A stretch of 63,336 bases of DNA, filler included, from Circinaria calcarea (Eukaryota), in the NCBI GenBank assembly GCA_051942165.1. It is 11 parts of 11 records of this genome, joined end to end, with 100 filler letters (N's around TTAATTAATTAA, not from the genome) between each part and the next. Parts side by side here need not be neighbours in the genome. Positions count along the whole stretch, not along the records: positions 46,169 to 51,827 come from JAVECS010001830.1; positions 51,928 to 57,584 come from JAVECS010001831.1; positions 57,685 to 63,336 come from JAVECS010001833.1; 8 more parts are not named here. The stretch is one strand, 5' to 3'. The notes under the pieces are model-generated. The model worked only from the letters and a program-made list of their open reading frames with translations, searched no databases and was not told the origin of the DNA. How positions within the stretch are numbered: the stretch's first letter is position 1; each line of letters opens with the position of its first letter. Positions 51,101-63,336 of the stretch are shown here, in pieces. A program made the translations under genes and the position numbers.

Positions 51101-51827
51101 ATGGCACCACCTACTAAACGCCAACGCCTTCAAGAGCCTCAAGTGGATGACAGTTTGAAGGATCAGACAGTATGCATTGACCCACGCCTGCTCAACCCAA
51201 GCATGGCAGCCTCTACGAACACTCAGATTCCTGCACACCGGACCACTGAGCCCCATGCATCCCAGGCTGCTCAGCCGTCTGGACCAACCGCTGTTCGAGG
51301 GGGTATCGTTAAGACGAGAGCACCAGGATCGGGCAAGGAGAAGCTTGATGAAGTCGTCCGGGCGGGTATGATTGAAGAAGGCGACGAGCTCCGCTACTCG
51401 ATGGAGTATGGGATTGCAGGGAAAATTGATGCAAGCATCATAGTATGTCTCGTTATTCATGAGAAGCTCCATTATCCCACACGCAGCTTTTACTAACACG
51501 ATCATCTAGGTTACCAGCATCACACCTAGTTGCCGTCTGGATGTTGCCATCACCTCTACCGCCACCGAATCTGTGTCGCATCCTACTTCAGAAGGAGCTC
51601 TCGGCCAAGCGGCCACGCAGCTTCCACCAGTGATTCTTCAACGACTTCACTTCGAGATCCAGGGGCCGTCAGCCCTGCAATCTGCGATTCTCGAAGCGCA
51701 TGGCATCCCGGCCGTGATGCCAAAGGGGGCTCCGGTCTGGAAACGCTTCCAAGTCCACCGTAACGGCCAGGACATCGGCTCGTTGTGGGATCTGCGCGAG
51801 ACCCTCGCCGGGCTTCGTGCAGCCGGG
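51101..51827 (+). CDS. Small nuclear-like protein with RAMA-like domain; intron 51443-51509; runs into the gap
   Basis: MAPPTKRQR (NLS-like), LDEVVRAGMIEEGDELRY, GPSALQSAIL, WKRFQVHRNGQDIGSLWDLRE. Canonical intron GTATGT..CTAAC..TAG keeps the frame. Confidence 0.65.
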
Positions 51828-51927
51828 NNNNNNNNNNNNNNNNNNNNNNNNNNNNNNNNNNNNNNNNNNNNTTAATTAATTAANNNNNNNNNNNNNNNNN
51901 NNNNNNNNNNNNNNNNNNNNNNNNNNN
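51828..51927. other. Artificial contig linker
   Basis: 44N-TTAATTAATTAA-44N. Confidence 0.98.
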
Positions 51928-54167
51928 GCTTAATAAGTTCGTATAAACGTATGAATTATTATTAAAGAATTCTGGTGTAACGTTTCGCGAAGAAAATCTT
52001 TCTCGCTAAGCTAACACCTCGTGACCTCGGTGTATAGTTCACCCGTAGGGTTCGTAGGGGTTCTCGGGTAGAGCCCTTACATTTTCCTGCCTCCTGTGTT
52101 TTCTATTATTACCCCCGCCCCCCGCCCATATCCTCTAGCCCGTATATTAATCAGTTTATATATTAATCTATCTATATTCACCCCGTTCTATAAACTCCCA
52201 TCCAGATATTACTCGTTATGTCGAGTTTTATATTATTCCGCGGGTTTTTACTGGCCTATTTCGGCGCTGATTAGTCGTAGGCTCGACTATTTATAATAAG
52301 GGGTTGAAAATCGCGTATATTGCGCGATATCAAAATTTTAAATTTATTACCTAATTATGGGGGGTGTACAACTATGGTAATTGGGGTGTACGCCTAGGTA
52401 ATAGGGGTGTACATACAGTGGGACCCCCTTAAATGCGAGGGGTCTTGCATGCATTCCAAAAAGGGCTCGATACATCGTACCCTTTCATCAGCTTAAAAGC
52501 ACCCACACCACATGCAAATCAATGAAGCCACCAAATAAGCAGCCTGCAGAAGTGGCGTTTAGCTCGTTTTCTCCGGGCCCTGGTAAAATCTACCCCGAGA
52601 AGAACACGGGGGTGAGATTCAAAGGAAAGCTAAACGTGCACAAATATCTCTATATATTCAAGTCAGCTCTACGCCTCCTCTCGTAGCCCACGAAGATAGG
52701 TAGAGGACCTCTTAGTTCGAAGTGGGCAAGTGGCGGAATTGGTCATTGCCGTTTCGTGCCTCGAAGGTTCCCTTCGAGGGATGATGGTCTCAACCCATTG
52801 GTATGGTTTCACTGCTTTCTCTCTTGTAAAGCGATCATGGTACGATTGACTTCTGCAGTACAACCTCACCCTTGGCGAATGTCGACCTTCCCGTTAAATT
52901 AGTGCCATTTTAGTCCCTGCGGGCCCCCCTGAGAAATCAACCGGGATTAATGGCGCAATCCCTGGGGTAAGCTTACGTGCATACACCTTTAGGCTCCCGG
53001 AAATCTGACACATGGTTTGAACGGTGGATTTTTGGGAGGAGGCATAGTTGCCGAAGCTAGTGTCCGGAGCTAGTGTCCGGAGTAAGGCAAAGGTGTGATT
53101 TTCTAAATTTAATCTCTCGATATACAAGTACTGTAGCCAGCCAGCCCCCCCGCTACCTGCAGGTCTCTGTATTGTAATCAGGGGGTATGTGTGTGGTTTG
53201 GAAATTCGGGGGTTGATATTGTCACCAATTTACTCCGTTACGGGAGTAAGAGTGAGTATCTGGCCGGGAAAAGCTACCTGGTTCCGTCCTCTCTAAGCCA
53301 AAAAAACCCCTCCTGCCAAAGGGGGGATTACCATGTGCCCCTTCTATAAAGCGCCCCAACACACTAATACCCACCCCCCTTCCTTCTCCCCTCTCATCTC
53401 GTTTGATAAGCCGATTTGTGCTTCCAAATCCAGGGATTTTTTTTTCCTTTGAAATCAAACCCCGTGGGAAAACGCCCCAGGGGGGGGGGTACGGACAGTC
53501 ATTCTTTCTTCGTGGCTGCATGAGAAAAACCGCAGACGCGGAAAGTTTTTCCCTTTCTGTGATAAACGCTAGCCCTCCAAGAACGAGTTTCTCCCCTTTC
53601 CGATTGCGTTTCTGCACATCATGTGTAGGAAGGGAAGGGAGATTAGATAAGGTGGGTACTCTGTGTGCGTTACATTGCGGGAACCTCTTCCTCGGAATCC
53701 GGGACGTGGGAACGTATCTGCCTTGGAAACCCGGGATGGCGGCGTAAAGGAGGTAATGAAGCTCCACTCGCACAGGATTACTAACGATTAGTCTCCAACG
53801 GGGAAAACTAGAATAGGCTTAGTCTTTGAGCTCTGTGCTCCGATATTTCCAGATTACCTATCCGTTCTCGGTACGTTGGTATTTGCTGGCGTCCGGGAAA
53901 GGAGAATTCGGAGCTGTTTCCTAGAACGTCCCTATACACCGCTTTAATTAAGTATTTAGGTGATCCTGAACGAGCATTGTCGTAACCCCCTTTTTTTTCC
54001 CCTATCCCTTTTGTTGATAGCTGCCAAACGGCTGAAGGCGTGACCCTGGGGTTACCTAAGCGATATATCGCGGATTTGCCTACCGATTAGGCATGATTGG
54101 TCGATCGAACAGATGGCGCTCTTCCTGACCTGATAATTTTCTCGGCTTGTAGGGTGCTGGGAGAGAA

Positions 54168-56555
54168 TCAAAGCATGAGAGGAAGGAAGGCTGTTTTCAT
54201 CGTATTCGTAGACAAAGGAACTATGACGATAGAACCCGGTGCGCGCAAGTGGGTTAGACCTTCCTTTTTTAACCGAAAGGGAATAATCAGGGAATGGGAA
54301 ATCCGAGATTTCTGCCACTCGACTCTACAATGTACTGGTCTGCAAGTTTTCCTCCAGTTTTTTCTCCTTATCTTTGAGATTGGTAAGTATGCTATTCCAA
54401 TGATTAATAGAGTTTGCATTGAGTGCCGTTCGACCTTGTTTCTAAAAAAGAAGATTCCATTGAGTATAATATTTTTTATTGCGTCGCATCTTCTTCTATC
54501 CATTGATAAATACGCTATACGAGCTAATCGTTTTGATTGTGAACTGTTCGTATATCCGTTACGTTCAGGGTGTTCGAAGAGGTTACTTGACGAGTAAGTA
54601 TGTTGATCAAATGTATGATCGGTATATAAATGGCAAATACTGCCCTTCTCTGGCCAGGCATTTCTCGCACAGTCTCAAGCTGTTAACCTGAGTATCAAGT
54701 CAGAGCAACGCGGTGGAAGCGTGGTAACAATGCGTCCTGACTAGGCCTTCCTCTTCAGTGTACGATATATTAATGCCGTCGAGAAGCTTTCCAAGAGGTT
54801 GAACCGAATATCATCTGCTGCTCTGGCAAGTTGTTTTCCAGATTTGAGAAGGCTATAAAAATTATGCCAAGTGGTTAGCTTGGTCGTCTAGCACGCATAT
54901 GGCATTCGTGCTGGGAATTTCAGGCAAGCGGATCATCGGTAATTTCCCTGTCTCTATCAAAGTGCTGCAGAGTTCGGCGGTGCTGATGTCTCTAAAGACG
55001 GTGTTACCAGTTCGAATCATCGTGATGCCTTTATATATGGATGGCTTGATTGAGCACATCTCGCGAAATACCTATTTAAAAAATGCGGCGAGCTCCTTCG
55101 GCTGTAATGACCAAACTATGAGACGTCGACTCTCTCCAGACCCGAGTCAATAACAAGGACCACGTTCTTCACCGTCAATTTCAATTCGGAAATATTGGTT
55201 ACCAGGATGACTCGAGTGTGAGTCGGTGGTATGCGCGTATAGGAGGTAAAAACACTTCTTTAGCCTGTTAAATTATATTATTATAAAGCTGAAGAACCGC
55301 GAGACGCACCTGGTCTGTTACTATTCGGAGAGAACGGGTAAGCATGGAGATCTTTCCTCCCTGGGAAGGAATTTTAAAGTTATCCCCCCGAAGTTGCTCG
55401 TAATAATGTGTTTCATTGTATCTTTAATTGCCTTTAGGCTGTTCGATGCCGCCTTCTTCAGGTACTTTTGCTGGATGACATGTGGAAGGCAGCTGGCTAT
55501 ATGCTCTAGCACGGCCAACAACACTTAGTGCTGTGAGATCTCCATGGTCTTCAGCCGGTGTTAGGATGATCGGCTTGGCGAAGGAACCGTTGTAATTGCG
55601 GGGAAGGTGAGAGGAGTGATATAAAAAGACTCGACTCACGCCTGAAGCTGATGGGGTCTATCATATATACGATGATATCATGAGTCAGACTTCCAGCAAT
55701 TGGGGTACTCGAACTCCTGTACACTGATGACAACCTTGCTCCAAGGCAGAACTCCCTAAAACCCCTCGGGAAAGACTATATCGGCACAAGCTCGTGTGAT
55801 AGACGGTAGTCTCCATCCCACGCAGCGCGGCGCTACTGGTGCTTCACCTCGGAACGCCACCAAACTTCAGCAAGTGTAAATACCAATTCCAATGGTACTT
55901 GACCAGCACCACTGTTGTGGCGGTGGGAGGAGTGAGAAACACGGGGCGGCCTAGGCTCCGCTAAGACTGGGATTTCCAGCGCAAAGGCAAAATATTTTTA
56001 TACTCTCCAATAGGAAAGCCAGCGACCCTTGGTCTAAAAACGTAGAATTTTTTGCCGGCGGAAATTCTTAGATTTAACGTCTTCTTAGACGGCGTGAAAT
56101 TTGGTTGAAAAAAAAGAACTTTCGTTCGCGGACTAATCCACACAGTATTCATTAGAGTCATAAACTGCAGCCAAATGGTTCTTTTCAAGCGTACACCTAT
56201 AGAGATGAAAACCGCGGACGCTCCTGGAGATTGTAAGAACATGTAAAATTTGTCTCAACCGAATACGCTCAATTTAGTGATGAACTGAAATCGAGACTTC
56301 CATCCTAATTGGAGGACGCCAAGTCTGTTCCTAGAGTGTCTTTCCAACCATTGCTAGCGATTTGGCCAGAACCTCATCGACTTGGGTTCTTGTGACATCG
56401 ATCGGTAACGCCCTTGAAAGTTTTTCCGGAATTGTGGTAAAGCAAGTCGGTGGACTGTGTGCCCCCCTGCAATTTAATAGCTGTGGAGACTTCTACTCAT
56501 CCAGAATAATTTCCAATTTGTGCCCCGCGATCCTATCGAATTCTATAACGTGCAT
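54168..56555 (-). pseudogene. RIP-like decayed gene of unknown family (~2.4 kb)
   Basis: The frame from ATG 56555 to 55551 has 9 internal stops by my translation, all TAG/TAA. The frame 54860-54168 has only 2 internal stops in 231 codons. Confidence 0.45.
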
Positions 56556-57584
56556 AGTTCAATTTGCATAAAGTGGCCAAACAGGCACCCAGGACTAGAG
56601 CTATCATGAGGTAGTCTCAGATGAGCCGAGAGTCTAGGAGAGTTCAAAAGAATATTTATTCTGTGAAAGAAATAGGGTGCTCCGCTACGTCCCTAAGGTA
56701 TAGGCAAAAACACTGGGTAGAACGAGGCTTCGAGGTCCTAAATATAAAAGAATTGATTAGCTAATCCAGACGGAGATTTTGATCCTAATAAAAAATGACG
56801 ATGGGCATTAAATAGATTTAACCATGTTCCGGCTCTTATCGTGTTCAATGTCTGATGATCGTCCTTTATTGTTATATATTATGGGAGGATGGTCCGACGG
56901 TAGTTCCTAGCAGGCCTCTGGCACCAATGGTGAAGAGACCCTAAGTCCTCCTGCCTTGCAAGGCTGCGAAACGAAATCTAGAATTTTTTTGGCGACAGCC
57001 TGGGGAGCCTTCTTGATCAAATCCACCGAGTTATTCGTGGAATCACCACTTATCGTCCGATTAGGGCTATCGTGGCTAAAAAAAACAAGTTGAATCACCA
57101 GGTGTTGTCATAGTTGGCTATATTCGGCTATCTCATATTTATTCACACGCAGACCGTCACTTCCCTGGATTAGTATATAGACCGGACTTTGGAGTGGTAT
57201 AGTTCCTACTGTGCTCACAAGATCTCCTGTACTCGGGGGTTTCTAATATTTTGGAATTAGCGGGAGTGGTGAAGTGGCCGGATGTTGGAATTACTGAATA
57301 TATATCGCTTGTGGCACTTCAAAGGCTTGAGAATTATTATTCGCTTAAGGACGCCCATGTTTCCGACTCTAGCACTTATTGGCTCCAAGTAAATCGAGAA
57401 TCTGGGGCCGACCGGTAACGACGGTTTTTGGCACAATGGCCCCACATCTCCTAGACATGGACTACCATTTGAATCTGTATTTAGTGCGTTAGAGCCTGCC
57501 ATGAAAGGGGAAGGAACTCGTAATTACCTAAGGTCCCAAAAAGCCTTGTTTTATGATTCGTTTCATGCGATTACTCTAGAATCA

Positions 57585-57684
57585 NNNNNNNNNNNNNNNN
57601 NNNNNNNNNNNNNNNNNNNNNNNNNNNNTTAATTAATTAANNNNNNNNNNNNNNNNNNNNNNNNNNNNNNNNNNNNNNNNNNNN
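57585..57684. other. Artificial contig linker
   Basis: 44N-TTAATTAATTAA-44N. Confidence 0.98.
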
Positions 57685-58445
57685 TTCCTACTTGGAATAG
57701 GAAAATCATCGAGGAAGGGAAAGTTGAGAAAGACCGGTTTAAATATTTCACGTTTGACGGCAAGTTGAAGGGTATGTAATGGCGCGTCTGGTTTCTCAAG
57801 AGTCTAGGAAAGGTGGTTAGAGCAATACATCCGGTGATCCTTATTAGTCGCCAAAAGCGTACCCACCTCGAAATTTGTACACAGAAGAACCTGCGAGAGA
57901 TTGGCCAAAGTGTATCTTTGGAACAATGGCGGTACAACCACGCCTCCGCTTGCGCTGGCTTCACGCTCGGAGCGGAGGAGGCGTAGTAATGCTAATGCAT
58001 TCGAACGAATACAATCGGATTCGAAATTTAATTGCAAGCCAGGCTTCAGGATACTTTGATACAGCCGCCAGTTTGCTCCATGGGAACTGATAATGTTATC
58101 GCCTGTATACTCAGCAAGAACGCTGTTCGGAATCTTTTTCTGATTACCACACTTGGCGTAAGTGTCCTCGTCTTTGAACATTTCCGCAACGTAGTCTGGG
58201 CGCGTAATCAAGATGTTCCACCTTGCGCCGAAGAATATCTTCACCGCGCCATGCTCCGCTAAGGGCCTTTCCAGATATCGGCGGTAGGTCTCTGATTGAT
58301 CGACGGTTTTGAAGAAAGGTAAAAGTGACACATAAAATGGTATGGTGGGAAGCTGTTTCGGAAACCGTCTGGGCGGAAGGAGGCAGGAATAAGCAAAGAG
58401 CAATAATGCGACGAGTATTGCTCCGGCGAGACTGATCAAGCTCAT
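57685..58445 (-). CDS. DIT2: Cytochrome P450 Dit2-like (CYP56 family), N-terminal part only; intron 57804-57866
   Basis: TM anchor, FPKQLPTIPFYV, HGAVKIFFGARWNIL, YAKCGNQKKIP..YTGDNIISSHG, KREIFKPVFLNFPFLD; divergent from DIT1. The haem motif lies beyond the contig end. Confidence 0.85.
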
Positions 58446-59093
58446 TTTTTCACGGTTCGAGATCAATTCTCTAGATTAGTTCGAGAAGGATGATATAAAC
58501 CATGCACTCTTTTAGCAACAACATAAATATACAGAACAGACAGGACCGAAGGGCTGAATCGCTTTCGAAGCTTTGGGCTGATTCAACTTACCATGACCGC
58601 CTTCGAGCGGCCTGAAGATAAGGGAGAGTCAGAAGCTGACTATGCCAAGTCAGGACAGGAATACGAAGGAGCTCGTCTCAACTTTCCATGCACCGGGAGG
58701 CCGTGCGAAGGTTATTCTGCGTGTAGTCTAACTTCTTCGTAAGGATATCGCACTGCACGGCTGACATCAGTCTTGGCTTGCGGTGAAATGTACTCTTTGT
58801 TCCCCTCACATTTGGTGAATCCTTGCATTCGGACAGCTCTTTCAAGCCATCTGCGTCAATATGAGCGTAATCCCGACGCTATATGACGCCTATACGGTGC
58901 GGTTCCAACTGAACAGCTGAAGTGGAGGTTGTATAGGCGGTCAGGCTGAGCTTTAACAAATATATATAACGTACTCCCACATCATGAGTAACAAGGAATG
59001 GTGCAAACAAAGTCTTGAGCTCAGGAGCAGCGGTACCAGATTTAAAAATAATAAAGATATTCAATCCAATCATACCAGTAAAAGGAATACAAT

Positions 59094-61139
59094 ATGGAAT
59101 TTACCAACCAGGGCTCGTCAATATATCACCAGATTCATTCCGTATACGCCCGCAGCGATGACGGTCGTCTTCGGTATATCTCAGGAAGGCACGCAGAAGC
59201 AATAACCAAAATCTGGCCAAAGATTGTGCGGGACCTCAGAGATCTACAGTGTCCGCACGACGAGTTCCCAGTCGCCGAGCAAAGTCAAGACGAATGCGTC
59301 CTGCCTGCGGTCCAAACCTGGGAGCCATTGCCGAGCTTAGATGGAATAGCAGGGTCTTGGTCCAACGCATCATTGAGCACAAACCCCAAGGAACTGGCAG
59401 TACGGAAATTGATTCCAAGTGCTTTCGGCATCCAGGAACTTCGCCGTCAAGGTGAACAACAGATTGTTGGCATTGTGATGGACAGACCACAGAAATCTGG
59501 CGCAAAGGCCGACTTTTCTCGCTGGTTCATCCATTTCATACTCCACGAAACAAGGCTACAGCTGGCCGACATCACTCAAAACGATAGGTACAATCGTAAA
59601 ACCGTTGAAGACGTCCTGCAGATCTTCGAAAGTACACTGCGAAACATTGCCAGCCACGACGAATGGGAGAGCGGCGGCGGTCGAAATTATTTTAAGCAGC
59701 AGCTCGAATGGTTTATCAGTCGCAACGCGAAAATCGAATTTTGCTTACCTGCATTTCCTTGCAAGTCTTCTAACCCCTTGAAGGTAGCTGGCGTGGATCC
59801 GGACTTGGCCGAAGAGATGGCCTTGTCACGTCTTGACGAGTTTGTCAGAAAAGTCGAGTGTGTCTATGAGCCGGGGGCCAAGGTGTGGATAGTTTCGGAT
59901 GGTCATGTTTTCTCCGACTGCAGTAAGTAACAGCCAGTACGAACTAGAACATCATACGTCCTTGCTCCCCACGACGCTAATACAGTGATCGTTTGACTAG
60001 TCGGTGTTGAGGATAATATGGTCGATCGGTATAGTGAGGTCTTGACCGAATTAAACCGTGCTATTGTCCAGCGGCGTGATACAACAGAGGGGGTGCAGCT
60101 TTACTCTCTATACGATCTTTTTTTCGGCAATGAAGGGATCCGTAGTCTGTTCCGACACGACTTTGTACGTGGCTTCGACATATGCCATCCCCTTGGTTTG
60201 CCGGTCGCGGAAAAGCCCGAGCTTTGCCGAAAAGTCCTCATGGCAGGCTGCCATATCGAGAGCAATGCACTCAGGTCCCAAATCAAAGACCAAGACGCCT
60301 CCATTCTCGCACTGTACAGAGGCTTTTCAAGGTTCATGTTGCAGGACCTATCGGCCAATGAGAGGATGTCAGGACTCTCGAAGCACAAGTGCAAAAAGCT
60401 CGCGTCAGAGGTCGCGTTTGAGATGATATCTGTAAGCTTACACATGCTCCTAATAGTGCGGCTTCTCGAATGAGTGCCGTGAATGATATACACGCTAAGT
60501 CATGTGGGTAGAGAAATCAAGCGTACTCGAATTTGGTCGAGCTCCTTTTCCCATACCATATTAGGCTATCTATACACGCGTAAGCTTTGTGGCATCACAA
60601 TGGGGCGTTCTAGGTACTGACTAAGCTGCAGTCACAAGAACAGCGGACCCAAATTCGGGGTCAAGCTTATCTCAAGCGATTGTTGCCGAGCGGTAGAATC
60701 GTTGGAAGGTATAACGCAGCGAAACACCACTGACCTTCTGCATATTCCTACTCCCTGGCACAACACTCCGTGTAGAGTCCAGGACGACCCAATGGTTTAC
60801 ATCACGAAATCTGAAGTCATCCACAAGGGGATAGCTTCACGCGAGTTCGAGGGTGAGTGGATCCCTTCGAGGTATGGGCGTGGCGGATTCTTTTCTCTGC
60901 GCAGGAAGAGCCAGCCAGGTCCAGCACAGACGGAAGCCAAGGGAGCACGACCCATGCGTCCACAGGCGCCTCAAAGACGCCGGTCCTCCTTTAAGGATGT
61001 GCCTGACCGTAGAGAAGCGCTTCGCAACGAAGGGTACAGGGCTTGGTATTTGTATGAGTTTTACGATTTTGTTGGTGCCGCTCTGAACTGGATACTTTGG
61101 TCAGCACAGCCACAGCGGTTATGGCACCACACTAGTTGA
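59094..61139 (+). CDS. DIT1: Dit1/PvcA-family isocyanide synthase (pyoverdine/dityrosine biosynthesis protein); introns 59923-60000, 60432-60511, 60580-60631
   Basis: FCLPAFPCKSSN, YEPGAKVWIVSDGHVFSDC|IGV, LYRGFSRFMLQDL, RNQAYSNLVELLFPYHIRLSIHA|HKNSGPKFG, LHIPTPWHN. Confidence 0.92.
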
Positions 61140-62331
61140 GGTCTTGTGTGTACCATCTCAGGTTGGTCTGTCGTGTACTGGGTCATTGATTTTCATACGT
61201 TGCTGTTGATCGTCGATAACTGTTCAAGTGGAGGCTTATCATATGCGGTGCGAATGTCTGTCAGGGGCTGAATAAAACTTTGTAATATTATCTAGAAATT
61301 CAAGGGTGGAAATGGAATTCTCCACACGTAGTAGAACCAAGTTACACTGTGGGTCATGTGACGCGGTCCGCGAAAAGCGGGGACAGATATTTTGCTACAC
61401 CGTATGGTATGGTAACCGTGACAGCGAAAGAAAAAACGTCATCAATGCATTGGCCCGCAACAGGGTTCCCATACCATGCCTTGAAAACGGAGAATTTGCA
61501 AATATTATCCCCCGATCAGAGTGCATGAATAAAATAATACCACATGTTGCCAAACTACTCTATGCCCCGGCTCGCACTCACCCAGGGAGCGGCACGGGTC
61601 GTCGAAGCTTTCAAAGTTTCCCTGACCGATATCAAAATGGAATTGTATACATAATTCAATCACCGTAATGATGATCTGATGCCTTTTGTAGGCTACCGTA
61701 TGCGGATGAGTGTAAGGCAACTCCGTTCGAGCAAAACGCCAACGATGTTTTTTCTCACAGTCGATGCTGTTTTGATATCAATCAGGCTGATTACGAGGAG
61801 CGTAAAACTCGCAGGTGCAGCTCGCTCGTTGAGATGGGATATATGAGGAGATGCGCTGGCTGGGTGTGATCGTTTGGCCGGGAGAACGCGTACGGTGATG
61901 ATGAACCTCGCCCTGGATCTCCCATTGCTGGTTTTGGAAAGAGTTGGAGGTCTCCGATTTAGTCAACGATTTCTGCACCCGGGGGTGACTTTTGGTTAAA
62001 GATTTGATATGCACGGCACCCGGTACGTTAAGCATGATGTCATATGGGAAATAAACCTCACTCCTGAGCCTACGAGTTACTGGACTGGTGTTTAGTGCTT
62101 GTGGTATAACACTACACTATGATTGTCAGTGCAATCCACCGCCCCCGGACCATTGGTCTGCACTATCAGTTATCCGTCTAGTCCAGTCTGGACTGCTGGT
62201 AGTGTCACGTAGTTACTGATATACAGATTCTTCACAAATACTACTTTATCGCAGACTTGAGATATCAGTCTTAAAGTGCTAGAATGCGTCAGACTTTGCA
62301 AGCCGTCTTGAGTCAGCGATTTCCTATCCTA

Positions 62332-63336
62332 TCAAACTTCCTCTTTTTCCTTGGAACCCAAGTAAGGACCCAAAGATTTCGTCTTCATGACGTCCTCTCT
62401 CATACCTGGACTCGCCGCTCTCCGGCGGAAGAAGATCCTTTTCGCCCACTTCCAACACTCCACTCCAGCAAAAAACAGCATCGACTCCACGAACACAATC
62501 CCCCATTCCCAGCTGATCCCGGTATGTTTGAAGACAGCGTGATTGATGACTGGAATATATAACGTCGGAAAGATCGTTACGAAACCGGCCACAACACTCC
62601 AAAACAAGAATTTATTACGCCACACATCGTGCATCCACTGCGTGAGATACTTCTTGGAACCAGGCTGCATGCGGAAGAAAGAGCGGCGGAGGTCAATCAT
62701 TTCCCACGCGAGAAAGAGGGCAAACCAAGTCAGGCAGACGAATGTTGTAGCACGAGCACGAAAGACGTTATCACAACGCTCGGAGTAGGCGTCGTTGCAG
62801 TTGACGCCAAGATCACCTGTGCCGAAGCCAAAGAGGACGAGGAGAAATGCACAGAGGCAGAGGGCGGCCATCCACAGGCCATAAACGAGCATGTCAAACA
62901 TGACTTCGAGGGTAAAGACCCCACGTTTGAGCTAAGAACAATGTGAGCTAGACCTTGGCAGCAGAACAGAGGTGAGACATACGCTTTGTGGAGGACGCTG
63001 GAGAATATCGGGAGCGGCAACTTCCATACCTAAACCCATATCCGGGGCACCAGACGTGATCATTATCACCCAAAGGATCTCCACTGGGGCAAGCGGGAAT
63101 ACAGAAAGACCGGAACTGTCTTTGAATGCTAGACCAATGAGTAACGTGCATGCCTGGGCAATGTTTTCGGCCAAAAGATGGAGGATAAACTTTTGGATGT
63201 TATCGAACATGCGGCGACCTTCTTCGATAGCATTCAGAATCGAAGCAAAGTTGTCATCAGTCAACACAATTCCAGAAGCGTCTTTGGCAACATCCGACCC
63301 GGCTTGACCCATGGCGATACCGACATCTGCCCTCTT
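62332..63336 (-). CDS. ENA1: ENA-type (P2D) Na+/K+ efflux P-type ATPase, C-terminal portion; intron 62932-62982
   Basis: ADVGIAMGQAGSDVAKDASGIVLTDDNFASILNAIEEGRRMFDNIQKFILHLLAENIAQ, FRARATTF, LAWEMIDLRRSFF, FKHTGISWEW. Confidence 0.9.

Noticed and set aside
48237..61139. Possible larger biosynthetic cluster of monooxygenase + P450 + isocyanide synthase
   Set aside because: The monooxygenase is two linkers away, on a different contig.
1..63336. tRNA, rRNA, snRNA, TPP riboswitch, TGA-CTA readthrough signals
   Set aside because: None recognised by eye; a covariance-model scan (tRNAscan-SE, Infernal/Rfam) would be needed to exclude them.

Overview
Eukaryotic DNA from a filamentous ascomycete (Pezizomycotina), judged by short introns with CTRAC branch points; a lichen-forming Lecanoromycete is a guess from gene content. 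The window is not a continuous locus. It consists of 11 contigs of non-increasing length (5687, 5679, 5671, 5669, 5667, 5667, 5667, 5661, 5659, 5657, 5652 bp) joined by ten identical 100-bp linkers (44N-TTAATTAATTAA-44N), so adjacency only has meaning within a contig. Genes rebuilt by hand-splicing: a zinc-knuckle/RS-rich protein, an R3H-SUZ protein, a DUF3431 protein, a Cys-rich type I membrane protein, acrB (truncated), a tandem Cys-domain protein, DBP9, an Ecl1-family protein, an orphan ORF, an alpha/beta hydrolase, an amino acid permease, a SAM+HMG-box factor, NTH1, a TetX-like FAD monooxygenase, a small RAMA-like protein, a divergent DIT2-DIT1 pair (CYP56 plus isocyanide synthase) and the 3' end of an ENA ATPase. 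There are also MITEs, a minisatellite and RIP-like pseudogenes. Most interesting: (1) a 49-nt U2-type AT-AC intron whose removal is required to build the CCHC zinc knuckle, overlapped by a GT-AG alternative that would delete the His ligand; (2) a decayed gene with 8 tandem SAP/HeH-like repeats, one interrupted by a MITE; (3) the DIT1/DIT2 pair; (4) the stand-alone RAMA-like gene. All family calls come from motif recognition by eye; no database searches were run.
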